A stretch of DNA of 64,000 nt from the human T2T-CHM13v2.0 reference genome, Homo sapiens, in the NCBI RefSeq assembly GCF_009914755.1, contig NC_060937.1. One strand, given 5' to 3'. Numbering within the stretch: position 1 is the first letter of the stretch; each line of letters starts with the position of its first letter. The position numbers and the translations under genes are program-made. Positions 26,930 to 40,248 of the stretch are shown piece by piece. The notes beneath the pieces are model-generated. The model did no database searches. It had not been told where the DNA came from and saw only the letters and a list, made by a program, of their open reading frames with translations.

Positions 26930-29614
26930 AAGATAGATATGTATCTATCATTTTTAATAGCCAAAATATGTATTACCTCACTGTTGTTTGAGGTAATATT
27001 GTTAGAAGATTCTCTCTTACAACTATGGGCGGGATGTGCAGAATATCTTGTAGAAACTCACAGAAGTATAGCCTTATTCGGTTCAACACAGCCTTAACTT
27101 CAGGAAAGCAAAATATTTCCTCTTTGCTTTTTTTTCCTCCTTTGTTTTTCTGTCATCCTGGACTAGCTATAATACAACTAAAGACTCTGAAGTCAGACCT
27201 CAAAAAATGCTACAGAGGGATAGAGCTGGAAGCAAGACATTTGTTTATGTGTTCTGAGGCAAGTGCTGGACATACTCTTCTACGTGATGGTTTCTAGTAC
27301 GTGTGAAAGCACAGATAATGGTAAATTCAGCCTAGTGATTTCCCCCAGCAATTTCAGTGTTTTTCACTTTAATTAACGCATGCCATCAGAGGCTCTAGAT
27401 GATCTGGAATTTTATTTTAAAACCCAGCAATAAAATGTTCATGTCACTATGAAGAAAAAAAATTAATTTTAAGACAAGGCACTGTATTAGATATGCTCAA
27501 ATTAGAAGTTCCTTCTAATGCAACTGTACAATATAGGTGTTAAAGTCCTTTTTCAGAATAAGATAAGGCTTAGAGAAGTTTGTAATGTTCCTATACAATT
27601 AAAAATCTCAGAAAAGTAGTCAACCCTCTTTTATGCTAAAATGTGACATTTTCCTTATATCACCTTGTTGCTCAGGGATTATGCAGAAGAGGTTGACAAG
27701 CTATTGCATGGTTTTACCAAAAAGGATCATAAACTACTATGTTAAAGATTTAGAGAATTTCTAAGCCTTTTAAATACTAGCTACTAAAAATGATTTTGGA
27801 GTCTCATCTCTCAATATGTTTGTAAGTGAAGTGAAATGTACTGTTCTTTATGTTCTCACTGCCTAATAAAAGGAAGACATGAACTTATAGGATTTTTTAA
27901 AGTAATGCTAGTATGTTTTCTCACCCATATTCATCTTATTGGCTTCATATCACAAAAGGAATTCATTTGTGAAATAGCTGTTTGGTCTAGATATATAGAT
28001 TAAAATTATAAGACAATTTCTCTCTGTACAAAGCAAATGTAGTGCGATCACCCTCACAGTGTTGTCTTCACTAGAAGCATACAACATCTACCTGAGACCA
28101 GGATTATTCTTATTCTTAGATATTAAAACTTTATTTCACCTTTTTAATACAATATATTTCTATATTCCAATTTTGAAGTAACTGAAATCACAATTAGTTA
28201 CTGTGAGAGGCACCATTTAATTTGAGTCCAGCTCATTTCTTAAGAGGGACTTCGCAGCTGGTGAGCTTTTCAATAAACACATTGAAATTAAATGTCCCAT
28301 TGGGCTGTGTTTCATGAGTTATTTAGTGTTTGTGTTCTCACCGTAGGTGTCTGTATTTCATTGTTGTATTTGTTTTTATGACGAAATTGCATGTTTCTAT
28401 CTCATCCTTTACTTGGTTAATTTAAATCAAGCCTTACAGGATTCAAAAACTGCTTCTTACATACTTATGCAATTAAATTTTAATAGAACACAGTGGTACT
28501 TCTCTAGATAAGACTATACTAATTTATCAAATTATTTAAAATGGGAACTTCATTAGAATAAGACTGATGGCTATAAACGCTCCAGCTCAAAATGAGCTAT
28601 TGAACTTTCTAGTTGGCTGTGTCTTCACCCCAGTAAAGAATGTGTCTTTAAAGCTAAGGGTAACATTAAATTCAGAATTGAAGCCACAGAGTACGAGGGA
28701 TTGATTTGCAGCAAATCTGATAACTCTCCATTTTCAAATGAAACGTGGACAGAAAGAAGGCAAGCATTCTTACCTTACATTCACTATATATTCATTAGTA
28801 AAACTTTGGATTGTGATCCTCCAAATGAGAAATTAATGATATAAAAATAATCATTAAATTAGAACTGAATTATGTTCAAACTTTGTTTTGTTGATCAGAA
28901 AGTTTAAAATAGTTTATTGTTAGGAAACCTAGAGAGGCTACCTAAATGAGGATACCTTTAGAGGATACCTAAATAAAGATAAATACCTTTATCTTTATTT
29001 TTAAAAAAATGGTGGCTACTAGCCTCAAATGCTCATTTAATATGGAATTAGGCATGACTTTTTACGTAAGATTACTCGTACACATGTTTACAGTATCCTC
29101 TGACCTAGAGGTACTTATCCTACTATTTGCTATAATTATTTGAGCCAACTAATAACTGTTTAATGCAGTATCTTTAGTTCTTCATTTTAAATCACAGGTA
29201 AAGGAAAACAGTTCCATTTAGGTAGTGTGACAAATCTATGACAGAAACTCTTCGATATATCAGCCCACTCTTTTTCGTGTTTACTTTGAAAGTAACCATT
29301 GAGAATTAGTTTGCTAAGATTTCTGAAACAGCCCTTGGAATCAAGAATTGTGGTGCAATAAGAGACGGTGAGCACAGATTTCAAATCTGATTCCTTTCTA
29401 TGTCCATTGATTACACATATCTAATCTGCATTCAGGCAGGATATGCAAAGATTTAAACTCTCAGAGAGTCTGCTTTAAATTACTTTATTAGTATGCTAGC
29501 GCTTTGGTAAGTTGTACAGTATTCCAAAACAATATTTACTGCATTGTTATAGTTCATGAGGTATATATAGACTTACCTACTGTTAAGTTGCCAGAAGTTG
29601 GAGCAAATGGGTTC

Positions 29615-30045
29615 TTTACACATTCGTCTATTCATTCATGTATCCATTTATTTATTCATCAAAAATTATTAAGAACAGTTATTGAATGACCTTAGTAACT
29701 GGAATATATTAATATCAAAGTACTGTAGGGAAGTGAACAAACAAGCTTAGGGAAGCTGGGGTTGTTGCAATCTTATATAAAGTGACAATTGATTAAAAGT
29801 GATTGAAGGAGGAGAGAGAGCTGGGTATAAATCTGAAAGAAGAGTGTTTTAGACAGCGTGGAACAACCAGTGCAAAATTCCAAAATCAGAATGTGTCTGG
29901 TGTTGTCAAGAAACAGCAGAGGCCAGCATAGCTGAAAGAGAAAGAATGAGGAGAAGATGGAATAAAAAAGTAATGGAGTACAAGTACAAAATCCAGTGGG
30001 GTCTTCTAAGCTATTTCATGGACTATGGGTATAACTGTAAGTGCC
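29615..30045 (-). mobile_element. L2 fragment
   Basis: CATTC-type tail; GAAGAGTGTTTTAGACAGCGTGGAACAACCAGTGCAAA. Confidence 0.65.
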
Positions 30046-31053
30046 CCTGAGGTGGACAAAACTGAGATAAATTATTTGCAACAAAAACTTTTGTTGAATT
30101 CAGTGACCAAAGAGAGATCAGTGACAGAGATGAAGTGATTGGGGAATTCAGAGAGAAAACACATGCCTGCACCATCAGAGTGGAAGGGAACAACGAGATC
30201 TGGCATGAGACTTGTCTTCTAAAAAAATCTCAAGATTTACTTATGTGCACGTTTTTAATTATTTTTGTCCTCCTTTCGTTCATGCCCCTTCCTTTGGTAA
30301 TTTCATTTGTTTCCATGTCTATGATTAACATTTTAATGCTGATAACTTCTCTTTAATTTGCAATTCTGGTCCAATGGTCTCTTTTGAGGGCAAAACCCAA
30401 TATGGGTCTAATGATTACTTGGCATACTTCACTAGAAACTTGACATGGATGTATTTCACTGAAGTGTTTGCCAATAATTTTTCAAGTTTCACTTAAATCT
30501 CACTTCTTTCTTTTAGCCTTTGACTTCCCTTGTACTTTACTCTGACAGCCCTCAATATACTTACAGTTACTTGATTAATGTTGTCCTTTTCACAAAATTA
30601 TAGGTTCTATGAGAGTAAGAGCTACTCCCGTCTCATTTATTGCATTGCTAGTGCTCAATAAATATTTTTTGACAAACTGATTGTCTTATTCTCTATGGAG
30701 TTGTTACTCTACACATTTATCCATTCAATAGATGCTGATATTTTTAAGGTAAGAGTAACTCAAAATATGAGAATTTATTAAGGATTTCAAATTTTATTTA
30801 AGTGCTCAGATCAGTCCACATCCAGATTGCATTATTCCAACTTCATTACAGTTTTAGCATATGTATAAGCCTGACTTGGAAACTACCATCATTGAAAAAG
30901 AGAGAGACCCAAAATGACAACCTGGAGTTGTATTAGGAGCACATCTTTATTTATTTTCACTTCCCTATAAACTTATTATGGGTAGTCCTGTGATGCTTTA
31001 AAATATTTTAAAAATAAACATCTTAAACATGGATTTTCTGTTTGACCTAAGTT

Positions 31054-31255
31054 TTTTATTTTTTATTTTTTAGACAGAATCTCACTGTCACCCAGGCTGG
31101 AGTGCAGTTGTATGATCATAGGTCAAACTCCCAGGCTCAAGCGATCCTCCCACCTCAGCCCCCCAGGTAGCTGGAACTACAGGCATGTGCCACCATGGTT
31201 GGCTAATTTTTTTGTATTTTTTTGTAGAGATGGGGTTTCACCGTATTGCCCAGGC
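31054..31255 (-). mobile_element. 5'-truncated AluJ
   Basis: Right arm plus part of left arm; TSD TGACCTAAGTT (31043-31053) / TGACTTAAGTT (31258-31268). Confidence 0.9.
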
Positions 31256-31540
31256 AGTGACTTAAGTTCTAGTGATTGACCTTCTCAGAGAGAAAGAGTG
31301 ATGAGCTTAGAGATTTTCTCCCTTCATTTTGTAGGGTGTTGGGAGTTAGATCTGAGATACATTATAGATAATTCATGATTGAAACTCCCTTGTGAGTTAA
31401 GACAAAAAATGTAGCAACTAGTCACATAATGACTTGCAGGTTTCAGTTCAATGAAAAAAAGAAAAATTTATCTTGGATATTTCTGGGTATATTAGATGAT
31501 ATAGATTGGAGAGGGAAACAGAGATTGAAAGGAACCAGGA

Positions 31541-33940
31541 TAATATGGTTTGGTCTGTGTCCCCACCCAAATCGCACGTTGAACTGCAATCCCCAGTGTT
31601 GGAGGTGGGGCCTGGTGGGTGGTATTTGGATCGTGGGGGTGGATTTCCCCATTAGTACTGTTCTGGTGCTAGTGAGTGAGCTCTTGTGAGAGCTGGTCAC
31701 TTAAAAGTGTGTGGCATCTCCCTCACTTCCTCCTGCTTCCACCATGTGAGATGCTTCACTCCCCTGTTGCCTTCCACCATGGTTGAAAGTTTGCTGAGGC
31801 CTCCCCAGAAGCAGACGCTACCATGCTTCCTGTGCAACCTGTGGAACTGTGAGCCAATTAAACCTCTTTTCTTTATACATTATCCAGTCTCAGGTATTTC
31901 TTTATAGTAGTGTGAGAACAGACTAATACACAGAGTTGGTACCACAGAGTAAGGCATTGCTATAAAGATACCTGAAAATGTGGAAGTGGCTTCGTAAACT
32001 GGATAATGGGCAGAGGTTGGAAGAATTTGGAAGGCTCAGAGGAAGACAGAGAGATAAGGGAAAATTTGGAACTTCCTAGAGACTTGTTAAATTGTTGTGA
32101 CCAAAATGCTGATAGTGATATGGACAGAGATGGCCAGGCTGAGGAGGCTGCAGATGGAAATGAGGAACTTATTGGGAACTGGAGCAATCGTCACTTTTGT
32201 TATGCCTTAACAAAGAGGTTGGAGGCATTGTGCCCCCTGCTCTAGGGATCTGTGGAACTTTGAACTTGAGGGTAATGATTTAGGGTATCTGGCAGAGGAA
32301 ATTTCTAAGTATCAAAGCATTCAGGATGTGGCCTGGCTGCTTCCAACAACAAATGCTCATATGCATAGACAGAGATATGATGTAAAATTGGAATTCATAT
32401 TTAAAGGGGAAGCAGAATGTAAGTTTGAAAAATTTGCAGCCCACCTATGTGGTAGAAAAGAAAAGCCCATTTTCAGGGGAGGAATTCAATTAGGCTGCAG
32501 AGATTGGCATAAATAAAAAGAAGCCAAGTGATAATATCAAAGACAATGGGCAAAAGGCCTTGAAGCCACTTCAGAGACCTTCACAGCAGCCCCTACCATC
32601 ATAGTCCCAGAGGCCAAGGGGGGAAGAATGGTTTCATGGGCTGGACCAAGGGCCCTGCTACCCTGTGCAACCTCAGGAAAGTGCTCCTGCATCCTGGCTG
32701 CTCCAGCTCCAGCCATGACTCAAAGGGACCAAGGTACAGCTCTGGCCACCGCTTCAGAGGATGCAAGCCATAATTCTTGGCAGCTTCCATGTGGTGTTAA
32801 GCCTGTAGATGTACAGAGTGTGAGAGTTGAGGCTTGGGAGCCTCTGCCTAGATTTCAGAGGATGTATGGAAAAGACTGGATATCCAGTCAGAAGCCTGCT
32901 GAAGGGGCAGAGCCCTCCTGGAGAACCTGTACTAGGGAATGTAGAGGGGAAATGTAGGGTTGGAGCCCCCACACAGAGTCCCCATGGGGACACTGCCTGG
33001 TGGTGCTGTGAGAAGGGGGCCACTGTCATCCAGACTCCAGAATGGTAGATTCACTGGCAGCTTGCATCTCTCACCTGGAAAAGCTCCAGGCATTCAACGC
33101 CAGCCTATGAGAGCAGCTGTGGCCACTGTACCCTGCAAAGCCACAGGGGCAAAGCTGCCAAAGGTTATTGGAACCCACTGCTTGCCCAAGTGTGCTCTGA
33201 ATGTGAGACATAGAGTCAAAAGAGATTATTTTGGAGCTTTAAGATCTAATAACTGCCCTGCTGGGTTTCAGACTTGCATGGGGCATGTAGCCCCTTTATT
33301 TTGGCTGATTTCTCCCTTTTGGAATGGAAGTATTTACCCAATGCCTATACCCATTGCATCTTGGAAGCAACTAACTTGCTTTTCATTTTACAGGCTCATA
33401 GGTGGAAGGGACTTGGCTTGTCTCAGATGAGACTTGGGACTTTGGACTTTTGAGTTAATGCTGAAATGAGTTAAGACTTTGGGGCACTCTTGGGAAGGCA
33501 TGATTAGACTTTGCAATATGAGAAGGACATGAGGTTTGGGAGGGGCCAGGGACAAAATGACATTGTTTGGATCTGTGTCCCCACCCAAATCTCATGTCAA
33601 ATTGTAACCCCCAATATTGGAGGTGGGTCCTGGTAGGAGGTGATTGGACCATGGGGGTGGATTTCCCTGTTGGTGCTGTTCTCATGATGGTTAGTTCTAG
33701 TGATCTGGTTATTTAAAAGTGTGTGGCACCCCACTCCTTCCTCCTGCTCCCTCCATGTGAGATGCCTCGCTCCCCCTTTGCCTTCTGCCATGACTGAAAA
33801 TTTCCGGAGGCTTCCCAGAAGCAGATGCTGCCATGTTTCCTGTACAGCCTATGGAAACATGAGCCAATTAAACCTATTTTCCTTATAAATTACCTAGTCT
33901 CAGGTATTTCTTTATAGTTGTGTGAGAACAGACTAATACA
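31541..33940 (+). mobile_element. Full-length MSTA MaLR: 5' LTR 31541-31930, internal 31931-33557, 3' LTR 33558-33940
   Basis: Two similar LTRs ending GACTAATACA; MaLR internal ORF remnant (GRGWKNLEGSEEDR); TSD CAGGA/CAGGG. Confidence 0.95.
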
Positions 33941-34959
33941 CAGGGATTAGAATCAGTGTGGTAAACTTGGAAGTTATATATACACAGGCAGTAGAGGAGT
34001 GGTGCTTTAACTCTATACAAGAAAAATTGAGCAGGGAAAGATAGAAAACTTAGAAAGAATATAGTGTTCAAACTCACTGTCACTGTCTGATGCTGTTACT
34101 TTTTTCTCTGTCTTAGGTGGAGCTAGTCCAGAATAGAGTCTGTTACTGTTCACTTATGCCTTGAATTTCCACTGATCTTCTCCAGCTACAATTAGTGACC
34201 TATTATGGAGTCATTAAGATAATTAGCAGATATTCACTACAGTTGTAGCTGAACATAGTCTATGGATTCAGTCATGTTTGCTTCTCCTAAATATGGATAT
34301 ACACAAAAGCTGCCATTGAATATTAAAATTACATGAGGAAATTTAATCAGCAGGTGTCATATTTTAGCCCATTATCTTCTGATTAAATAGTAGTTGTCTG
34401 TGTTATGACATGAAGTTTATGACATTTTTACCAAAGTTGAAAACATATCAAATGGTTTGATATGTTGATAATTAAAATTCGGTGAGTTGAAGGTGATGAG
34501 TAACTTCTCAGACAGGCTTATTCAAATACTCAAATATCTTTTAGATGAGAAACACTCCTCCCTAGGAGAAATAATACATTTTAACGGTCTAAAATTTGGT
34601 AACTTGCAGATTAACAGTCCATAATTTTTAGCCTGGAGTTAAGTGATATGCATTTGGTGTGACCTATAATTAATTAATTCATTCATTCTTACCCTTCTCT
34701 TGCCTTTTGCCACTATCCGAAGGGACATGTCATTATGTTCTCATTAGCTCCAATTCTGACTTTATGCCATATTTTATGGAGCTAGCAAAGACTCTTGCAG
34801 TATAAAATGGTACTTTAATTTCAAAAATGTATTGACCTTAGTTGGTATGTGCACAAGATTATTAGAAACATAAAAAAAGTATATTCAGTAACATCTAAAA
34901 AAAATCAAGTTAATTTACCTTCATTTCTACCCTTTGGTTAATAGTATAATGGTTGATAC

Positions 34960-35451
34960 TGACCAAGGTAGCCTAAACGAGTTTCTCTCAGCTTGACTAA
35001 ATTTTAGATAGGGTTCTTTCTGATTCCTGATCTCCCTCCACCCTTTTTTTTTTTTTAAAGAGTATTTACTTTAGAAAACTTGTAATTGTAAATTATTTCT
35101 CTGCCCTTTTGAGATGTAAATTTTCTGCAACCTAGGAATATCTTTCTCGAGAACTTGGAAGCCATCACTATCATCAAGATAGTTCCCCATTTCCCAATCT
35201 CTGTGGGAAAGCAGGAGCATAACTTCAAAAAGAGTCAATCAGAAAACATGGATAGCCTGATCACGTTGACCAACTTCCTCCAGCATCTTCCTGTACTTCT
35301 CTACTAGCTCATCCTAGTGTTTATAAACTTTTCTGTCGTTCATGTTAATGGAATTGAGTTCAATCTTTCTCCTCTATTGCAATAGTCTGTCTTTACCATT
35401 GCAATAATTTTGAATAATTTTTAGACTGTCTGATGTAATTTTTATTTTGCA
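34960..35451 (+). mobile_element. MER31B-like ERV1 solo LTR
   Basis: TG..CA ends, 4-bp TSD ATAC; ATTTACTTTAGAAAACTTGTAATTGTAAAT..CTCTGCCCTTTTGAGATGTAAAT. Confidence 0.8.
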
Positions 35452-35547
35452 ATACATATCCAGAAGCACTTAGGAAGTGTCTGACATATTTCTAAGTGCT
35501 TTCAAATATTAATTTGTTTAATTTCATGAAAATCCTGTGAGACAGAC

Positions 35548-36444
35548 TGTAAATTGAAAATAAATCGAAGTTCCCCAACCAACTGAATTAGACCCCTCCT
35601 CTTGGCCAAGGAGACTTTAAAGTAAACTTGAAAAACTAGTTCAGGCCATGGTGAGAAGGGGTTGGGGGTGGTCAGACATGCCTCATTATGCTTCTTCCTC
35701 CCTTTGGAATTCAGGCACAACTGACCAGCACTAACATTAAAACAGATCTTAAACAGATAAAACAGACTCTTTCCAGCAATAAGAAACCAAATTCCAACCT
35801 GACTCTAGTATAGCATCACATGACAGATAGTAAGGCCTGAAAGAAATTGAAGTATTTCATCTCAAAATACATTTCTTTGACATATCTTAAAATGATCCTC
35901 CAAGATTGTCTTTTATGGGGAAAATCTACATTTTGTAGAGAACCCCCTTCCCTTTCCAGGTCTTTTCCTGATCCAGAAAAGATTTAACTGAGAGTCTGGC
36001 GCCTTTTAAGTTCTGGTAAGAGACATTTACCATCTATTCTTTCTGAGGCTTGTCACCTGGAGGTTTCATCTACATGATAAGAAACTTGATCTCCACAACC
36101 CCTTATCTTAACACAGCCACTTCTTTATATTGATTCCAGGTCTTTAGATAATAACTTAGGTCTTTCAATCAATTGCAAATCAGAAAATCTTTGAATCCAC
36201 CCATAACCTGCTTCAAGTTGTCCTAACTTTCTCGACTGAAACGATGTGTACCTTACATATATTGGCTGATGTCTGCCTATAAATTATGTTCCCCTAAAAT
36301 GTATAAAATCAAGCTGTAACCCAACCACCTGGGGTTCATGTTCTCAGGACCTCTTGAAACTGTGACTCAGGCTTTGGTCACTCATATATGGCTCAAGATA
36401 AACTTCTTTAAACATTTTACCAAGTTTGACTCTTTTTGATGACA
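35548..36444 (+). mobile_element. MER4D-like ERV1 solo LTR, inserted into a MIR
   Basis: TGTAAA..GACA ends; GTCAGACATGCCTCATTAT, GTATAAAATCAAGCTGTAACCCAACCACC; MIR halves on both flanks. Confidence 0.85.
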
Positions 36445-36619
36445 ATGCTGTTATTCCCATTTTACCGTATTACGTAGAGATGTTCACTTTCTCCGGAGAG
36501 TAAGAAGGAAACAAAGACTTATTCTGTCTCCCGTTACTCTTGACTCCCATAAACACCCACTTCTAACATTCCTGTCACTCTTTTCTTTTCCAACTAAAGC
36601 TGATCATTAATTTTTACAG

Positions 36620-37470
36620 ATTGTATTATTTATTTACTTGGTTAATATTACACATACTGACTCCTACTGTGTGTCGGGGTTGGTGATAAAATAGCAGACA
36701 AGACAGATATGATTCCTTATGACATAACATTTATAGTCAGCGAGGAAATGGACAAGAAACAGGCAACTTTGTTGAAGTGGTAAATGATACTCTGAAGCAC
36801 ATAAACTGGGTTTCTAACACATGTCTGGTGGTACTGGGAGAGCCTCTCATGAGAAGGGACCACTAACCCGAAAACAAATCAAAGAAGAAGAAAGAGATGC
36901 AGGTAAATGTTTTAGGCTTGGAAAATATCACATTCAAAGCCTAGAGATTGCCAAGAATATAAATGAAATAAAAACAATAATACATGACTAAAACAAAGAC
37001 GGTGTGTAAAGAGCTGGGGATGGTGGAGAAAGATGGAGTGAAGGTATGGGGTGACAGTAGTTTTATGTCAGAAAATTTAAGTCAAGTCCATCATTTTTGG
37101 CTTGATCATCCGGGCAATGAGGAGCTATTTGAAGAATTTTGTGCAAAAGGGTGAATACTGTATTTGCAGCTTTTGAAAACTCTCTGACGGAGAAGTGAAG
37201 TGGATTGAAAAGGGCAACAATGAAGGCAGGAGGCCATTTTAGGTGACTGTTGCAATAATGATGGACTTAAACAGAAAAATAGTGAAAAAAAGAAAAATCA
37301 ACAGATTTTAGGAGCACCTCTAAAACTTTTGGATTTGGTTGGGTGGGTGATGGAGAGAAAGGTGTCAAAAATGCCACCCAGATTTCCAGATTGAGTAACT
37401 TCAGTAACTCAGGTGAAAATGCAAAATTTGTTGGGAAGACGGAGAGATCACTTCTGAAATTGTTGTTCTG
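36620..37470 (-). mobile_element. L2 fragment
   Basis: GACAAGACAGATATGATTCCT..; GGCAATGAGGAGCTATTTGAAG; GAAAGGTGTCAAAAATGCCACCCAGATTTC. Confidence 0.7.
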
Positions 37471-39989
37471 CCTACAGTAGGCCTTTGCTACTTGATTCTA
37501 CACAAGTGCCTGTGTTCAGGGCGTGGACTGGTGTAGTTTTTACTAAGTTATTCATGAAGGAGCAGAGATTATTCCAATTTGACTTGTGATGAGAATGACA
37601 TGTGTTAAAGTTTTTGATCCAGAATTAAAACCCAGAATTCTTGATATCTCATCTGTTCTTGCTGCCTGGCAACCCCAAATTTCTAACATAATTCTAAATG
37701 TAGGATTGAAGGATATTTTTTACTTAATCTCTTAAAAGTCTTTTGATAGAGTCATGATAGATTATTAGGGAAACTTTGTAACTGCATAAAAGTAATCCTG
37801 TTAGGAAGTATTCATGACAAAGTTGTAGTAATTTTTTTGTGTGTATGGTGCTCTCTAAAAGTTGTAGGTAGAAAAAAGTTCTAACACAGGTGTTTTTTTT
37901 CTGTCTCTTGGGTATGTGTATGTGTAAGTATAAATAGATGAATATATATGTTAATTATATATGTATAACAAAATTTAGATAAAGATTACAGAATAGCTAA
38001 ATCTTTTTATTTAAGAAAAGAACTGTTAAATAGAAAACACCTATCTTAAATGAATCTCCAAAAGTTTTATTTTACATTTTAGCCACTCCACTGCAAAGAA
38101 TATTTGGATTAAGACTATAACTGTGTCCTGTTAATGTCCAGAAAAATGTGCATTAGCTGGTGGCTCAAATCTTCCCTAGTATGTGCACTTGCTTGTTAAC
38201 ATTCTGCAATTGAGGTAGTTAATGCTACAGTTAGCTCCAAGCAGGTGTGTACATTGTTAACAGTACTCTTTCAAAACAAGGGCCTTTGGCAAACTAAGTG
38301 GTCTGCCCATGTTAAATTAGGCCATAAAGTGAAATTGGGCTGTTTTACATTTTGAGATAATTTCCCACTTAGTTCTGATTATCTTGCATAAGCACTATTC
38401 AATGTTTGTTCATAGACATGATGTATTTGTTTTGAATCTACTCAATTTAAATAAGCTCTTTTCCAAAAAATGTCTCAAAACATCTTTAACATTTTAAATG
38501 GTTATATTTGGCTACACTCCAGATAGAACTGAAATAGAAAATAGAAGGGGTTGAAGTTTTAGTATTTGAAAAATTGTATTTTATTAGATTATTTTTTGCT
38601 TAAACTTTTCTATGCTAGTATTTAGTTGATGTAAATGAAATTGGCTGAGTGACACTGTTGAACAAAAGGGATGGGAATAAAAACTCCAATGCCAAATCAA
38701 TGATAATACTTTTAATCAGAGTTAATTGATGCCAGCTGTGTGGTCTGCGTGTTATTTTGCATTTGTGGGTGAAGAAAGGTGTGGTTGCTGTTATTTCAAT
38801 CTAGAAGCTGGAACTGGTTGCCAGTCATTAAGAAGGTATGGATAGGGGCATGCTTGGTGTTAATTGTACAGAGAAAACACTAAGTGGTTTAAGGGGTACA
38901 GTGTAATTTTGACTATCAGTGTAAGATGTTTTAGTTCTTTTATAATCACAGAGGTGCAAATCATAGACCTGCTATTTAGTTTTTAGTCTGACTTTAAGAA
39001 AACATTATAGGTCTCCTTGATGATGCTGTTAATTAATTTGTTACAGTATTAGATCTAAATTATTATTAAAAGTTAAAGTTAATCACTACCTCTTCCTTAA
39101 ACCTTATTTCTGAAAATAAACTATTATAATTTTAAATTATAATTTAAATTAACATTAACTACCCTAACCACAAAACAGTTCCTTAAAACACACATTCATA
39201 TAAAAGTTATTTTGATGATCTATTTGGACAAGTAGATTTCTAATTTGACTTTGTTTTATTGTGGAGAAATGACAGCACTAAATTTTCTTATTGGCTTTCA
39301 CTTGGGTTTATTACTAACAGCCTGTTAATAGATAGTTAATCTATGTGTTTAAGGAAGGAAATGAATAACAAAGATATCATAAGACAATTATTATTTTCAT
39401 TGCCTTGAGATAACTTTTATATGCTAATTCCAAACATGAAATTATTTCTAATTATCCAATATAGACTAATTGATGCAATGATAGTGGATCCATGGTTTAG
39501 TTGAGCACTTACTTGAAACTTTTTGAAAAGTGATCATGTTCAAAGATAAAACATTCATCTTTAGGTAATCCTGATCATTGGAATGTCTTTTTTTTTTTTA
39601 TCTTGAGCCTTAAGTCTATGTATTTGTGGCCTTTAAATTGTGCAACTCCTTTCATTTTTCTTCTTATAAACAAAAATGAAATTGGTTGTGAGCACCAGAT
39701 AAATTGGTGAAGAAAAAAAGAATAATCCTAAGAGATTTGGTTTCCAATTAGAAACATAAGTCTAGATTTCAGATATGAAGGGATCTGCCCTATTCTCTTC
39801 TACATCCAATTTAGAATGTAAGTATGAGAAAAAATGGAAGATGTTATGGGAGTATATAAAGCATACTGATTATTTGAACTTATCTTTCCACTGGTTTTTA
39901 ACTTTATGGCCAATTTCTTGTAAGTAGTTTTTAAATAGTGACATGTTATTTAATAATCAAAATTATCTGCGTGGTATAACACAAAGAGA

Positions 39990-40205
39990 GATTCTAGTGT
40001 AAATTATGAACATTATTTAATAACATCAATATTGGGTCATTAATTATATACCACATTGATTCAAAATGTTAATAATAGGGGTAAATGTGTGTATTTGTTG
40101 GAACAATGAGAGTTGATACATATAGAGGCTCTGTACTTTCTGCCAAATTTCTCTGTAAAACTAAATAAAGTTGCTCTAAAAATAAAGTCTACTAATTTAA
40201 AAAAA
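39990..40205 (+). mobile_element. L1MC/L1MD 3' end
   Basis: CTCTGTACTTTCTGCCAAATTTCTCTGTAAAACTAAA..CTCTAAAAATAAAGTCTA plus A tail. Confidence 0.8.
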
Positions 40206-40248
40206 TTCTGTTAGAAGTTACAAAAATAAAGATTCTTTTTTTTTTTCT

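Noticed and set aside
29187-29384. 65-aa minus-strand ORF
   Set aside because: Non-ATG start, no recognisable family
31960-33430. Cluster of overlapping ORFs up to 156 aa
   Set aside because: Decayed MaLR internal ORF; the same applies to 56057-57043
39131-39148. 18-bp palindrome TTTAAATTATAATTTAAA
   Set aside because: Pure AT low-complexity sequence; plausible by chance
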